Source of the DNA: Ignavibacteriales bacterium
GTDB taxonomy: Bacteria > Bacteroidota > Ignavibacteria > UBA10030 > SZUA-254
Reading direction: 5' to 3'
DNA length: 64,000 bases
NCBI GenBank assembly: GCA_016218025.1
Contig: JACRFD010000038.1
Coordinates: 136,874 to 200,873, forward strand
Part shown: positions 8,999 through 18,837 of the stretch, piece after piece
Position numbering within the stretch: position 1 is the stretch's first letter
Layout: each line of letters starts with the position of its first letter
Position numbers and translations under genes: made by a program
The notes under the pieces: model-generated
The model's database searches: none
What the model saw: the letters and a program-made list of their open reading frames with translations, nothing else
What the model was told of the DNA's origin: nothing

Positions 8999-9532
8999 AT
9001 GTCGTTATCCCGATATCTCTCCGGAGCGATTATATTGGTAGTGCTTGTGTCTCTTTGCATTCTGGGATGCTCGTCCAATTCCAGCGCTCAAACAAAACAA
9101 CGCATCGGAATATTTGATTCGCGGTCTGTTGCCATCGTTTATGCAAATTCAAAATTCTTTAAAAGTCCGTATCCTGAAATCAAGAAGAGAATGGAAGCTG
9201 CTAAAGAAAAGAACGATACAAAAGAAATTGCAAAGATTGAATATGAAGCTAAGTTACATCAAGCAATTCTACACGATCAGGGATTTGGTAAAGGATCGGT
9301 GAATACGATCACCGATTTGTACAAAGATAAAATAGCGGCAATCGCAAAAGCAGAAAATCTAAGCGCAATAGTATCAAAATGGGAAGTTGTCTATTCTAAT
9401 CCGGACATTGAACTTGTAGATATCACAGACAAAATTGCTGCATTCTTTGAACCTTCGGATAAAATGAAAGAAACAATCAAAGAAGTTCCGCAACATGAAC
9501 CTGTGAAAGATGCGTTTTTTATAGATGATTAA
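8999..9532 (+). CDS. Hypothetical lipoprotein, remotely OmpH/Skp-like
   Basis: AAGGA RBS, ILGC lipobox; RIGIFD...helical region...DITDKI resembles Skp architecture. Confidence 0.6.
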   Translation: MSLSRYLSGAIILVVLVSLCILGCSSNSSAQTKQRIGIFDSRSVAIVYANSKFFKSPYPEIKKRMEAAKEKNDTKEIAKIEYEAKLHQAILHDQGFGKGSVNTITDLYKDKIAAIAKAENLSAIVSKWEVVYSNPDIELVDITDKIAAFFEPSDKMKETIKEVPQHEPVKDAFFIDD

Positions 9533-9541
9533 GCAGATATA

Positions 9542-9580
9542 CTTCTGGAGACATACGAGGGATGGGTATGCCTCCGGAAG
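9542..9580. repeat. REP-like hairpin
   Basis: CTTCTGGAGACATAC / GTATGCCTCCGGAAG, 15-bp arms with 2 mismatches, no adjacent U-run. Confidence 0.6.
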
Positions 9581-9656
9581 CAATAAATGCAGAATTTTTT
9601 TTTGCTAACACAAATCGTAAATTTTGCATTGTTAATTATATTTAAAGGAGAATGTT

Positions 9657-10325
9657 ATGAAATGCAAAAATATTTACCTGATAATTTCGGGATTAATTAT
9701 TTTTTTCATTGGTTGTGGTTCTAATGAATCTTATGTTCCATTAACAGCCAAACCAAATGAGAAGGGGAGCTTTACAGATACAAGAGATGGCAAAATTTAT
9801 AAGACTATAAAAATAGGTGACCAATGGATTATGGCTGAAAACTTGGCATATAAACCAGTCAATGGAAATTATTGGGCATATGATAATGACACAATGAATG
9901 TAGCAAAGTATGGTTATTTGTACGACTGGGAAACTGCAAAGCAAGTCGCGCCACAGGGCTGGCATTTACCGACCGAATCAGATTTCCTGACATTTCGAAA
10001 ATCGTTGGGCGGGAAAAGAGATCTATATAAATATTTGGGAGGCACTATGGAACTGGTTTATAAACAAATGGTGATTGGTGGATGTGGCTTTAATGCGTTA
10101 ATGGCTGGTGTTCGAAGAGGTGATGGCAAATTTTTTGGCTTGGGCGGACAAACAGATTTTTGGAGTTCAACTAAAACAAACAATGGACAATGTTTCTACA
10201 TATTAGATGCTAAGATAGATGGCAAACCACGTGGACTGCTGGATAGCAAAGAAGGTACCGCGGCTTTAGCAGACCAACAAGATAATGCAACATGGGGTAA
10301 AAGTGTCCGCTTATTCAAGGATTGA
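9657..10325 (+). CDS. FISUMP (Fibrobacter succinogenes major paralogous domain) lipoprotein
   Basis: FTDTRDGKIYKTIKIGDQWIMAENL, YGYLYDW, PQGWHLPT and SVRLFKD motifs; FFIGC lipobox. Confidence 0.88.
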   Translation: MKCKNIYLIISGLIIFFIGCGSNESYVPLTAKPNEKGSFTDTRDGKIYKTIKIGDQWIMAENLAYKPVNGNYWAYDNDTMNVAKYGYLYDWETAKQVAPQGWHLPTESDFLTFRKSLGGKRDLYKYLGGTMELVYKQMVIGGCGFNALMAGVRRGDGKFFGLGGQTDFWSSTKTNNGQCFYILDAKIDGKPRGLLDSKEGTAALADQQDNATWGKSVRLFKD

Positions 10326-10366
10326 AAATTATCTGTCAGGAGAAGTTCTCTTCATTGCCCAAGAAG

Positions 10367-10426
10367 TTTAAACGTGCGACTCACGTTCAGGGCAGATTCA
10401 AGGTTGGACGTGAGTCGCACTTTAAA
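10367..10426. repeat. REP-like GC-rich palindrome
   Basis: Perfect 13-bp arms GTGCGACTCACGT (10374-10386) / ACGTGAGTCGCAC (10408-10420), flanked by TTTAAA on both sides. Confidence 0.75.
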
Positions 10427-10519
10427 TAAGGGGATTTGATTTCTTATTTTATTTATGATACATTCTCAGTGTGTTTTATACAAATATTCGGTAGAATAAT
10501 TAATTGTTAGGTATTTCCT

Positions 10520-11275
10520 ATGGCATATGAAAACCACGTAAATCGGCTCGCTTCATTGGAGACATTTGAGCCAAATGTATTCAAAGGTGATGAAAATGTT
10601 TCCCAAAATCTTTGTGATTTCATATTGGCACTTACATTAGCTTATAATGATCTACGTGATTTAACATTCGCTCGAATAATACTGAATGATATCAAATTAG
10701 ATGATGAACGAACTCTTACAACAAAACTCGGTTTTCATAGTGGACTTCGGAATACAATAACACGAATTCAAACGGGATTCATCCGTGAACTTCTGGTTCT
10801 AGTAGCTGAAAATAAAACTACCATAAATGAACCTTCATTTAAAACACTTGTTCAAAAACTCAGCAAAAAAGGCAAGAAATCATGGCTCTCCATTCAAACG
10901 GTTTCTTGTGAAAAAACTCCAAGCGATGCTTTGTCGAAAGCACTTATAATAATTCGTAATAAAGTTGCTTTCCATTATGATGCCACCCAACTAGGTAAAG
11001 CATATAAAGTTGCATTCTTGCAACCTTCTGAATATGGAAAGCCATTAGTTTCTCGTGGATCAGCAATGAGTGAGACTAGATTCTACTTTGCAGATGCTGC
11101 TGCCCAGCAGTATATTCGACAGAAAGCAACTGAGCAGATAGTATTAGATTTTTTGGATGGTCAAGGAACGCTTCTTGAGGATATTAACCAAGCTCTCTAT
11201 GAGCTTATTACAAAATTTATCAATTCACGCAGTGCATGGCAAAAGTATAAAACATGTATGGAACCAATCAGATAA
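10520..11275 (+). CDS. Hypothetical protein, possible HEPN (AbiU2-like) RNase domain
   Basis: 251-aa, apparently helical protein with RNKVAFH (Rx5H) motif at 10955-10975. Confidence 0.55.
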   Translation: MAYENHVNRLASLETFEPNVFKGDENVSQNLCDFILALTLAYNDLRDLTFARIILNDIKLDDERTLTTKLGFHSGLRNTITRIQTGFIRELLVLVAENKTTINEPSFKTLVQKLSKKGKKSWLSIQTVSCEKTPSDALSKALIIIRNKVAFHYDATQLGKAYKVAFLQPSEYGKPLVSRGSAMSETRFYFADAAAQQYIRQKATEQIVLDFLDGQGTLLEDINQALYELITKFINSRSAWQKYKTCMEPIR

Positions 11276-11380
11276 ATTTGTATATCTTATCATTTTGAAA
11301 ATCTTACCAAAATTTTGTTTTACGAGCTATTATGCGTAATTTGAGTCGGTGAAAATAATAAAATAGCATTGAATAATAAT

Positions 11381-12488
11381 ATGTTCGAAGACGTAAAAGA
11401 TAAATTAAAAGAACTTGAAGCAAAACTAACATCACTCCGGGGGTATCTTTGACCTTGACACAAAAGAAAAGGAAATAGCCGACCTCGAGGCGAAAGCCCA
11501 CGCTCCGAATTTCTGGAACGACAATATCGCCGCTCAGAAAGTAATGCAGCAAATAGATCGGCGAAAGCAATGGGTAAATTCGTGGACTTCCATCCAGCGT
11601 AAATTTCAAGACACCCAAACACTTTTAGAACTTGCTGTTGAATCGGCAGATGATTCTTTTGGGACTGAATTGCAAACTGAGGTTGCCGATATTGAAAAAC
11701 TACTTGATGACTTAGAGTTTCGCAACATGCTTAGCGGCGATGACGACGAGAAAAATTGTATCCTCACCGTTCATGCTGGCGCCGGCGGAACCGAGGCGCA
11801 AGATTGGACAGAAATGTTGATGCGTATGTATCTTCGCTGGTGCGAGCGAAAAGGATTTAAAACATTTCTATTGGATGAATTAGCAGGCGAAGGAGCCGGA
11901 TTGAAGAGCGCAACTATTGAAGTGCAGGGACAATTTGCTTTTGGATATTTGAAAGCAGAAAGCGGCGTGCATCGCTTAGTTCGCATTTCACCATTCGATT
12001 CGAATGCTCGTCGCCATACTTCGTTCTCATCAATTTTTGTCTATCCTGAAATCGAAGATGACGTTGAAATCGAGATCAATCCTGCCGACCTTGATATCGG
12101 TACATATCGCGCCGGTGGTAAGGGGGGACAGAACGTGAACAAGGTTGAAACTGCAGTTCGCATCAAGCATATCCCAAGCGGCGTAGTGGTTGCTTGTCAG
12201 CAGGAACGTTCACAATTCCAAAACAAAGAACGCGCGCTGAAAATGCTGAAGTCACGTCTTTATCAATTACGTAAAGAAGAGGAAGAAGCGAGGCTTGCCA
12301 CAATTGAAAGCACGAAAAAGAAAATCGAGTGGGGGAGCCAGATTCGCTCTTACGTTTTTCATCCGTACAATATGGTTAAAGATCATAGAACAGATGTTGA
12401 GACGAGTAACACTCAAGGTGTGATGGATGGAGATTTGGATCAGTTTATAAAAGCATTTTTAATGGAATATGGGAAACAAACACACTAG
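11381..12488 (+). CDS. prfB: Peptide chain release factor 2, programmed +1 frameshift (join 11381-11449, 11451-12488; 368 aa)
   Basis: [23 protein letters not shown] then CTT TGA C; +1 frame [13 protein letters not shown]... is continuous with the 11544 ORF; SPF and GGQ motifs. Confidence 0.97.
11438..11453 (+). promoter_or_regulatory. prfB frameshift cassette
   Basis: CGGGGG TAT CTT TGA C: internal SD-like run 3 nt before the slippery CTT-TGA. Confidence 0.93.
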
Positions 12489-12493
12489 CAATA

Positions 12494-12526
12494 GATTTCG
12501 GATTTCGGATTTCGGATTTCGGATTT
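12494..12526. repeat. Tandem heptamer (GATTTCG)x4.7
   Basis: Read directly; fills most of the prfB-lolC intergenic gap. Confidence 0.95.
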
Positions 12527-12542
12527 TTAAGGTTGGTTTGTA

Positions 12543-13754
12543 TTGAACACCGCCTGGTTTATAGCAAAACGTTACTTGGAGTCGCACAGGCGAAACGGAT
12601 TTCTTTCCTTCATTACATCGATTGCGATAATTGGAGTAATGCTCGGTACTGCGGCTCTGATCATAACTCTGACAGTTCTTGATGGCTTTGAAAAAGAAAT
12701 CAAAGATAAGGTTATTGCTTTCACTTCTCATATCGAAGTCCGCGGATATCAAAACATTCCCGTTACGAATTACAAAGAATCGATTCAAAAAGTAAAACAT
12801 CAAATTGCCGGTGTTGAAGATATTGCACCATTCGCTGCGCGTGAAGGAATGATTCGTTCTTCTGAATCAATAGATGGAATATTTTTAAAAGGTATTGATC
12901 CTGCATCGCAAGTACTGACTTCACATCAGCATATTATTTCAGGAAGATATATTGATGTTGCCAGGCGAGATAAACCGCAGATAGTGATAGGAAAAAAACT
13001 CGCTAATAGGCTGAATGTGAATGTTGGTGATAAACTTGTGGTCTTCGCGTTGCCTCAGTCGAAGGGTTTACAACCGCTGGCAAAGCAATTTGAGTTGGTT
13101 GGGATTTATGAGTCGGGTATGGCTGAGTTCGACGATATCAACGCTTACACAAATATGGCAGACGCCCAGCAACTATTTCAAATGGGAGAAAATATCTCCG
13201 GCTATGATATTACAGTACACGATATTACAAAAGTGGATGAGGTGGCGGCGCAAGTGCAATCACTTCTCGGTTATCCGCATTATGCGCGTACTGTTTTTCA
13301 ACTCTATCGCAATCTGTTTTCCTGGGTCGAGCTTCAGAAGAAAATGTCGCCAATTCTATTAAGTTTGATAATAATGGTAGCCACAGTGAATATCATCGGT
13401 ACGCTGCTAATGTTTGTTCTCGAAAAAACTCACGCTATCGGTATACTGAAATCACTTGGCGCCGGTCCGAAATTAGTGAAGAACATTTTCCGTTTACAGG
13501 GATTACTCATCTCTATTATAGGAATATCACTCGGTAATTTGCTGGCATTCGTTATATGCTGGCTTCAACTGAAATTCAAAATATTATCTTTGCCATCCGA
13601 CATATATTATATGGATACGGTTCCGATGATGTTGCGATGGGAAAATTTTGTTTTTGTATCGCTCGTTGCATTGCTGCTTTGCATGTTGACGACAATCCTC
13701 CCTTCACGCTCTGCATCAAAACTTGATTCCGTAACAGCGTTGAGGTTCGGGTGA
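12543..13754 (+). CDS. Lipoprotein-releasing ABC transporter permease LolC/E family
   Basis: FIAKRYL..., IIGVMLGTAALIITLTVLDGFE, EK..AIGILKSLGA; TTG start. Confidence 0.88.
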   Translation: MNTAWFIAKRYLESHRRNGFLSFITSIAIIGVMLGTAALIITLTVLDGFEKEIKDKVIAFTSHIEVRGYQNIPVTNYKESIQKVKHQIAGVEDIAPFAAREGMIRSSESIDGIFLKGIDPASQVLTSHQHIISGRYIDVARRDKPQIVIGKKLANRLNVNVGDKLVVFALPQSKGLQPLAKQFELVGIYESGMAEFDDINAYTNMADAQQLFQMGENISGYDITVHDITKVDEVAAQVQSLLGYPHYARTVFQLYRNLFSWVELQKKMSPILLSLIIMVATVNIIGTLLMFVLEKTHAIGILKSLGAGPKLVKNIFRLQGLLISIIGISLGNLLAFVICWLQLKFKILSLPSDIYYMDTVPMMLRWENFVFVSLVALLLCMLTTILPSRSASKLDSVTALRFG

Positions 13755-14989
13755 TGGTAAATCGTGTTGAGATATTAATTGCCCTGCGGTATCTTCGTTC
13801 AAAGCGGAAAATCCGTTTCATCAACATTATCGGTTATATATCGATTGTCGGAATTACCATTGGGGTTGCGGCGTTGTTGATTGCCCTTTCTGTATTCAAT
13901 GGATTCAGCGGTGTTGTTACATCAGTTCTGGTGGGTTTCGATCCACACATCCGAATTGAAAAACGAGGGAACATTTCCTCAGAGGAATATAATAAAATTC
14001 AATTAATCCTGAAGAATAATCCCGACCTTTTAGCATATTCTCCTTTTGTTTCGGGCAAGGCAATGTTGACCACTGAATCGTTCAACAAAGTGGTCTTTAT
14101 CCGTGGTGTAGATGAAACAGGAATAGGTAATGTAACCGGATTGAAAAATAAAATTGTTCTTGGTAATTTAAAATTTGAAGAAAAAGACGGTACGCCCGGA
14201 ATAATTATCGGCTTAACACTTGCCGACCGTCTTGCATCGATACTTGGAAATGAGATAGTGGTTTACAGTCCGAACAGTGTTCAAACAGCGCTTACAGGCG
14301 TCAATATTCCCGAAGGATCAAAATTTCATGTCGCGGGAATATATGAATCTAATAACCGCGAGTACGACGGAAGCTATGCATACATTTCTCTTCTTGAAGC
14401 ACAGAGAATGTTCGGTTTGGTTGATAAGTATAACGGCGTAGAAATTCGCTTGCATGATTTCAACAAAGCCGATCAGGTAAAAAGTGTTTTGACAAATCAG
14501 CTTTCAAACGAATACTCGGTTTCAACATGGTATGATTTGCATAAGAATTTATATTCTGTAATGCAAATTGAACGGTGGGCGGCTTACATTTTGTTAAGCA
14601 TAATAATTCTTGTGGCAACATTCAACATGCTTGGCTCGTTAACAATGGGTGTTCTTGAAAAGCAACGCGATATAAGCGTACTTAAGGCGATGGGAATGAA
14701 TTCGAAAAATATTATTCGTTTGTTCATGTTCGAAGGATTGGTTATCGGAGTTCTCGGCACATTGCTTGGCATCGTAATCGGGCTTGTTGTTCTATATTTG
14801 CAAGTTCACTATCAGATCTTTCCGCTTGATACTTCTGTTTACATTATCCCTGCTATACCGGTTGATATTCAATGGACCGATTTCGTATCTATAACTATCG
14901 CATCATTAGGACTGTCTTTTTTTGCCGCATATTATCCGGCACGCAAGGCAGCTGCAACTTTACCGTCGGAAGGGTTGAGATGGGAATGA
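13754..14989 (+). CDS. Lipoprotein-releasing ABC transporter permease LolC/E family
   Basis: IALRYLRSK, LSVFNGF, EKQRDISVLKAMG, YYPARKAA; overlaps the upstream stop. Confidence 0.88.
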   Translation: MVNRVEILIALRYLRSKRKIRFINIIGYISIVGITIGVAALLIALSVFNGFSGVVTSVLVGFDPHIRIEKRGNISSEEYNKIQLILKNNPDLLAYSPFVSGKAMLTTESFNKVVFIRGVDETGIGNVTGLKNKIVLGNLKFEEKDGTPGIIIGLTLADRLASILGNEIVVYSPNSVQTALTGVNIPEGSKFHVAGIYESNNREYDGSYAYISLLEAQRMFGLVDKYNGVEIRLHDFNKADQVKSVLTNQLSNEYSVSTWYDLHKNLYSVMQIERWAAYILLSIIILVATFNMLGSLTMGVLEKQRDISVLKAMGMNSKNIIRLFMFEGLVIGVLGTLLGIVIGLVVLYLQVHYQIFPLDTSVYIIPAIPVDIQWTDFVSITIASLGLSFFAAYYPARKAAATLPSEGLRWE

Positions 14990-15675
14990 ATAATTTAATT
15001 TTGCATTGCAAAGAAATCTACAAAAGTTATCTCATCGATGAAAAAAAATCATCTCGTTTGGAAGTTCTTAAAGGGATAGACTTTCAAGTGTACGAAGAAG
15101 AGATTGTAACGATTGTTGGTGCATCCGGCTCGGGGAAAAGCACTTTACTTCATATCCTTGGAGGATTGGATAACCCAACAAGCGGAAAAGTATTCTGGCA
15201 TGATAAGGATATTTCATCTTTCAACGATGAAACAATTGCCAAGAGACGTACTGAAAATATCGGATTCATTTTTCAATTTCATCACCTGCTACCGGAATTT
15301 TCAGCAATTGAAAATGTTGTTATACCATTAATGATCGCAGGGATGAATTTAATTGACGCAAGAAAGAAAGCGGTTGAGTTGTTGAATAAAGTCGGGATGG
15401 CGCACAGAGAAGAGCATAAACCGACCGAATTATCTGGAGGTGAACAGCAAAGGGTTGCCGTTGCGCGGGCGCTTGCAAACAAACCTAAGCTCGTTTTGGC
15501 GGACGAGCCTACAGGTAATCTCGACTCGGCAAACGGTGAACAGCTTCATGAGTTGTTATTAGCATTGAACAATACCGAGAAACAATCGTTCGTAATTGTA
15601 ACACATAATGATCGATTCGCGAAGCAGTCTGACCGTAATTTTATGATGACCGACGGTAAGCTTTTACAAATTTGA
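14986..15675 (+). CDS. lolD: Lipoprotein-releasing ABC transporter ATP-binding protein
   Basis: [41 protein letters not shown] overlap at 14986. Confidence 0.88.
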   Translation: MNNLILHCKEIYKSYLIDEKKSSRLEVLKGIDFQVYEEEIVTIVGASGSGKSTLLHILGGLDNPTSGKVFWHDKDISSFNDETIAKRRTENIGFIFQFHHLLPEFSAIENVVIPLMIAGMNLIDARKKAVELLNKVGMAHREEHKPTELSGGEQQRVAVARALANKPKLVLADEPTGNLDSANGEQLHELLLALNNTEKQSFVIVTHNDRFAKQSDRNFMMTDGKLLQI

Positions 15676-15728
15676 GTAATTGATACTTTTTCACTACATT
15701 ACTTCCAACATTTTAGGAAATAGGCTGT

Positions 15729-16004
15729 ATGGCAAAAATTGAAAAGTCAAAACTAACAAAAAAATCTAAACTCGATGATATTCTTCCTCTGGAAAGAGAA
15801 AATTACATAATTTTAGGAGTTGGTTTGCTGGTGATTATCCTCGGCTATATTGCTCTTTCAGGAAATCAAGTCGAAGGATTTTCGCAATTAACACTCGCAC
15901 CTATTTTATTAGTGCTCGGTTACTGTGTAATAATTCCGGTGGGCATCATGTATCGAAAGAAAGAAAAAATAAAAGATCAACCGGTGGAACCGATACAGCA
16001 ATAA
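15729..16004 (+). CDS. Small membrane protein, DUF3098-like
   Basis: ENYIILGVGLLVIILGY...LAPILLVLGY two-TM pattern. Confidence 0.7.
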   Translation: MAKIEKSKLTKKSKLDDILPLERENYIILGVGLLVIILGYIALSGNQVEGFSQLTLAPILLVLGYCVIIPVGIMYRKKEKIKDQPVEPIQQ

Positions 16005-16024
16005 CTAAAAAATAATATTCAGAT

Positions 16025-16066
16025 ATGGTATATCGCTATTAAATTAGCGTTATGCCATTTTTTTTT
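16025..16066 (+). terminator. Rho-independent terminator
   Basis: ATGGTATA.CGCTA / TAGCG.TATGCCAT stem followed by a T-run, between convergent genes. Confidence 0.55.
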
Positions 16067-16436
16067 AATGTGAACCAAGAGTTTTAATAACTACGTGAAG
16101 TAATTCTTCCGGATCATACGGCTTTGAAATATAATCTTTAGCGCCTAATCTCACGCACTCGAGTGCGGTGGGAACATCGTTGACAGCCGTCAGCATAATA
16201 ATAACGGGAAGGCGGTTAGTTTTTTTCAATTCTCTAAGAACAGTTATGCCATCCATTTTTGGCATCTTCATATCGAGCAAAACAATATCATAATTGTTAG
16301 ATTTAAGCTTTTGGAGTGCAATATCTCCATCTTCGGCAGTATCTACATCAAAATCTTCATTTATAAATTGATCTCTTAAATTGTTGCGAAGGTCTGCGTT
16401 ATCATCAACACAAAGCATTTTCATGTGAGGTGGCAT
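16065..16436 (-). CDS. Single-domain response regulator (receiver only)
   Basis: VDD, LLDMKMPKMDG, MLTA and KP motifs; no output domain. Confidence 0.9.
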   Translation of the reverse strand: MPPHMKMLCVDDNADLRNNLRDQFINEDFDVDTAEDGDIALQKLKSNNYDIVLLDMKMPKMDGITVLRELKKTNRLPVIIMLTAVNDVPTALECVRLGAKDYISKPYDPEELLHVVIKTLGSH

Positions 16437-16542
16437 TGTTGTTCCTTATAAGCTGCGGTTAAAAGAGTATAAAAATGTACGAAAGGAACAAGGCAATGTC
16501 AAATGTTTTTTACGAAAAATTTAAAATTCAGACAGAAAAAAC

Positions 16543-16571
16543 TTGACTCTTGCACTTGCATTGGCTATATT
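16543..16571 (+). promoter_or_regulatory. sigma70-type promoter
   Basis: TTGACT-17 nt-TATATT upstream of ATG 16599. Confidence 0.55.
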
Positions 16572-16598
16572 TCCAAAGCTAATAAGGGGTTAAATAAA

Positions 16599-16991
16599 AT
16601 GGCAGTTGAGAATAAAACATCTAGAAGAATATTATTAGTCGATGATGAAGTCGGTTTTGCTGAGCTTCTTCGCGATCTTCTATCTATGGATAACTACACG
16701 GTTGAAGTAGCCAACGATGGACAAGAAGGTCTAGAGAAGGTTGAAATTTTCAAACCCGATATTATTATTTCAGATGTTGTAATGCCTCGGATGAGCGGCT
16801 TCGAGATGTTTAAGAAAGTCAAATCGAACAGCGCTACCGCAAACATTCCGTTTTTATTCATTACCGGATTTCAGGATGATCGTGTCTTAGCTGAAGCACG
16901 AAAGATTGGAATTTTTGGAATACTAAGAAAACCGATCGATGTAGAACAAATCGAACTTCGATTAGAGGATCTTCTCTCGAAAAGATTATGA
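16599..16991 (+). CDS. Single-domain response regulator (receiver only)
   Basis: ILLVDDE, ISDVVMPRMSG, FITG, KP; AAGGGG RBS supports ATG 16599. Confidence 0.9.
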   Translation: MAVENKTSRRILLVDDEVGFAELLRDLLSMDNYTVEVANDGQEGLEKVEIFKPDIIISDVVMPRMSGFEMFKKVKSNSATANIPFLFITGFQDDRVLAEARKIGIFGILRKPIDVEQIELRLEDLLSKRL

Positions 16992-18704
16992 CCGATAAAT
17001 GAGAAGTTGAATTTCTTCGGGCAGTAGCTCGGAAACAGTTCGAATCACATCACCCCTCAAAGCTTTGTCAACTAGACTTCTTTGCGTTGCGCCAAGTATT
17101 AAGCGGTCAACGGCGAGCGTAGCTGCATGTTCGGCAATGGTGTAACCAACTTCGTTTGATAATACACTTACCACTTTAAATGGAATCTGATACTCTTTAC
17201 AGATATCTGCCATCCATTCATTATTTACAAATGATTCAGCAGCAATGTGCTCTGGCAGAGATCCCGAGACGGCAATTTCTTTTATATTCAAAACAAAGAG
17301 AAATGAATTCTTAAGTTTTGCATCTTCACATGCCTGACGCAATAATTTTTGTCCGCCTCCACGCACAGCAACAAGCATTCGAGAAGTAAACGATGCAACT
17401 TCGGGTCGTGGAAAACCGGTTGAAGGTGTAAATGCAACTGGTACTGGAACGGGAACAGTGACTACACGTCGTCTACGCGCGATTTCTCGTGCCCCGAGTC
17501 CAATAAATAAAACGCTTATTGCAAATATCAATGCTTTGGTTTTTTCAATGGCAATTGTGGTTTCAACTAAAATCAGAACAATTGTTGAAAATATCATGAA
17601 TATTCTAGTCCAGACACCTATTTTGAGCGTCTTATCGGTTCCGGTTGAGCCAACATTGATCATGATCGCTCCAACAACACCAATTGCATAAAGAGATGAC
17701 AAAGTGATTACATCATTAACTAAAATCAGAACAATTATTGGCAATACTGTGGCAATAAGGAGCGGAACAATTGGTACACCATATTTATTTAATTTTTTTA
17801 AACTGTCCGGTAATTCACCGTCAACAGCCATAATAAATTGGATTGAAGTTAAAGCATTTATTGCAGTGTTACCGGCTGATATAAGTAAAAATCCCAAAAC
17901 GAATCCAATTATTGGTCCGAACCAATTTCCAACATAAATAGTGCCGAGATAACGAATCATTTCTTCTTTATGCTCAATGCGATCCAGGTTCGGGATTGCA
18001 TTCATTGCAAAGCCCAATACTACAGTCACCAACGATATTTTAGCAAGAACAGTAAGGATTGCTCTTCGTGAACTGCGGGAAGGATCTTTCATTACACCCG
18101 TCATGTTTGAAATTGATTCGATGCCGGAAATCGATAAGATTATTGCAACAAAAAAACTCCAGTTCGTCATAAATCCTCCCGGATCCGGGGCAAGATTTAT
18201 ATTAGTTGTTGCCGATGGAAAAGCGAAAGCCACAAGCACAACTAAAGCAGCCATTGTTGCAGTTGAAATTATAGTTGCGAAATTTCCCGCATGTCTTGGA
18301 CCAAACCAATTTAGAAACCCTATAGAGGCAATAATTCCTATTGCCCACAAATGTGGATTTCCAAGTGCAAGATAATGACATCCATCAAGGACGGATAAAG
18401 ATGCGGTGACCACAAAGTCGGCACCCAGCATTAAGGCACCAATCACAGCCAAAATTTTTGATCGATGGCTTACAGAGCTATAAACTCCGCCACCGTTCGG
18501 ATATAGTCTGCAGATCGTGATATAATTAAATGCAATAAGGACGGTGAAGCTAAGCATCATCATAAGATGAATATTGCTATGATAGCCAGCATGGAAAAAA
18601 GCTATGCCTAACACATAGGCTATGCTTGTTCCCCAATCACCATCAAGTAATGCCGCGCTGCGGAGCCACCCCAAAACTCGGGGCCGGCTTGTGGAAAGTT
18701 CCAT
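16986..18704 (-). CDS. APC-superfamily permease fused to a C-terminal universal stress protein (USP) domain
   Basis: About 12 TM segments, YPNGGGVY and SGIESISN motifs; C-terminal DRLILGAT.RS...ALRG USP signature. Confidence 0.8.
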   Translation of the reverse strand: MELSTSRPRVLGWLRSAALLDGDWGTSIAYVLGIAFFHAGYHSNIHLMMMLSFTVLIAFNYITICRLYPNGGGVYSSVSHRSKILAVIGALMLGADFVVTASLSVLDGCHYLALGNPHLWAIGIIASIGFLNWFGPRHAGNFATIISTATMAALVVLVAFAFPSATTNINLAPDPGGFMTNWSFFVAIILSISGIESISNMTGVMKDPSRSSRRAILTVLAKISLVTVVLGFAMNAIPNLDRIEHKEEMIRYLGTIYVGNWFGPIIGFVLGFLLISAGNTAINALTSIQFIMAVDGELPDSLKKLNKYGVPIVPLLIATVLPIIVLILVNDVITLSSLYAIGVVGAIMINVGSTGTDKTLKIGVWTRIFMIFSTIVLILVETTIAIEKTKALIFAISVLFIGLGAREIARRRRVVTVPVPVPVAFTPSTGFPRPEVASFTSRMLVAVRGGGQKLLRQACEDAKLKNSFLFVLNIKEIAVSGSLPEHIAAESFVNNEWMADICKEYQIPFKVVSVLSNEVGYTIAEHAATLAVDRLILGATQRSLVDKALRGDVIRTVSELLPEEIQLLIYRS

Positions 18705-18837
18705 AAATTAAATGTATTTCGAAGTATTTTCCATTGTAGCAGGTTGATTATAATAAGAATTATTACCAAAATCAAAATATATATCATTTTATCCGGTTGA
18801 AAATCCCATACTTTCTAGATATATTATTCACATCAAT

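Noticed and set aside
10506..10512. GTTAGGT integron core site before the HEPN-like gene
   Set aside because: No matching RYYYAAC inverse core or attC hairpin after the gene and no integrase in the window.
11381..11452. prfB pseudogene or sequencing error
   Set aside because: The break is the canonical CTT-TGA-C programmed frameshift.
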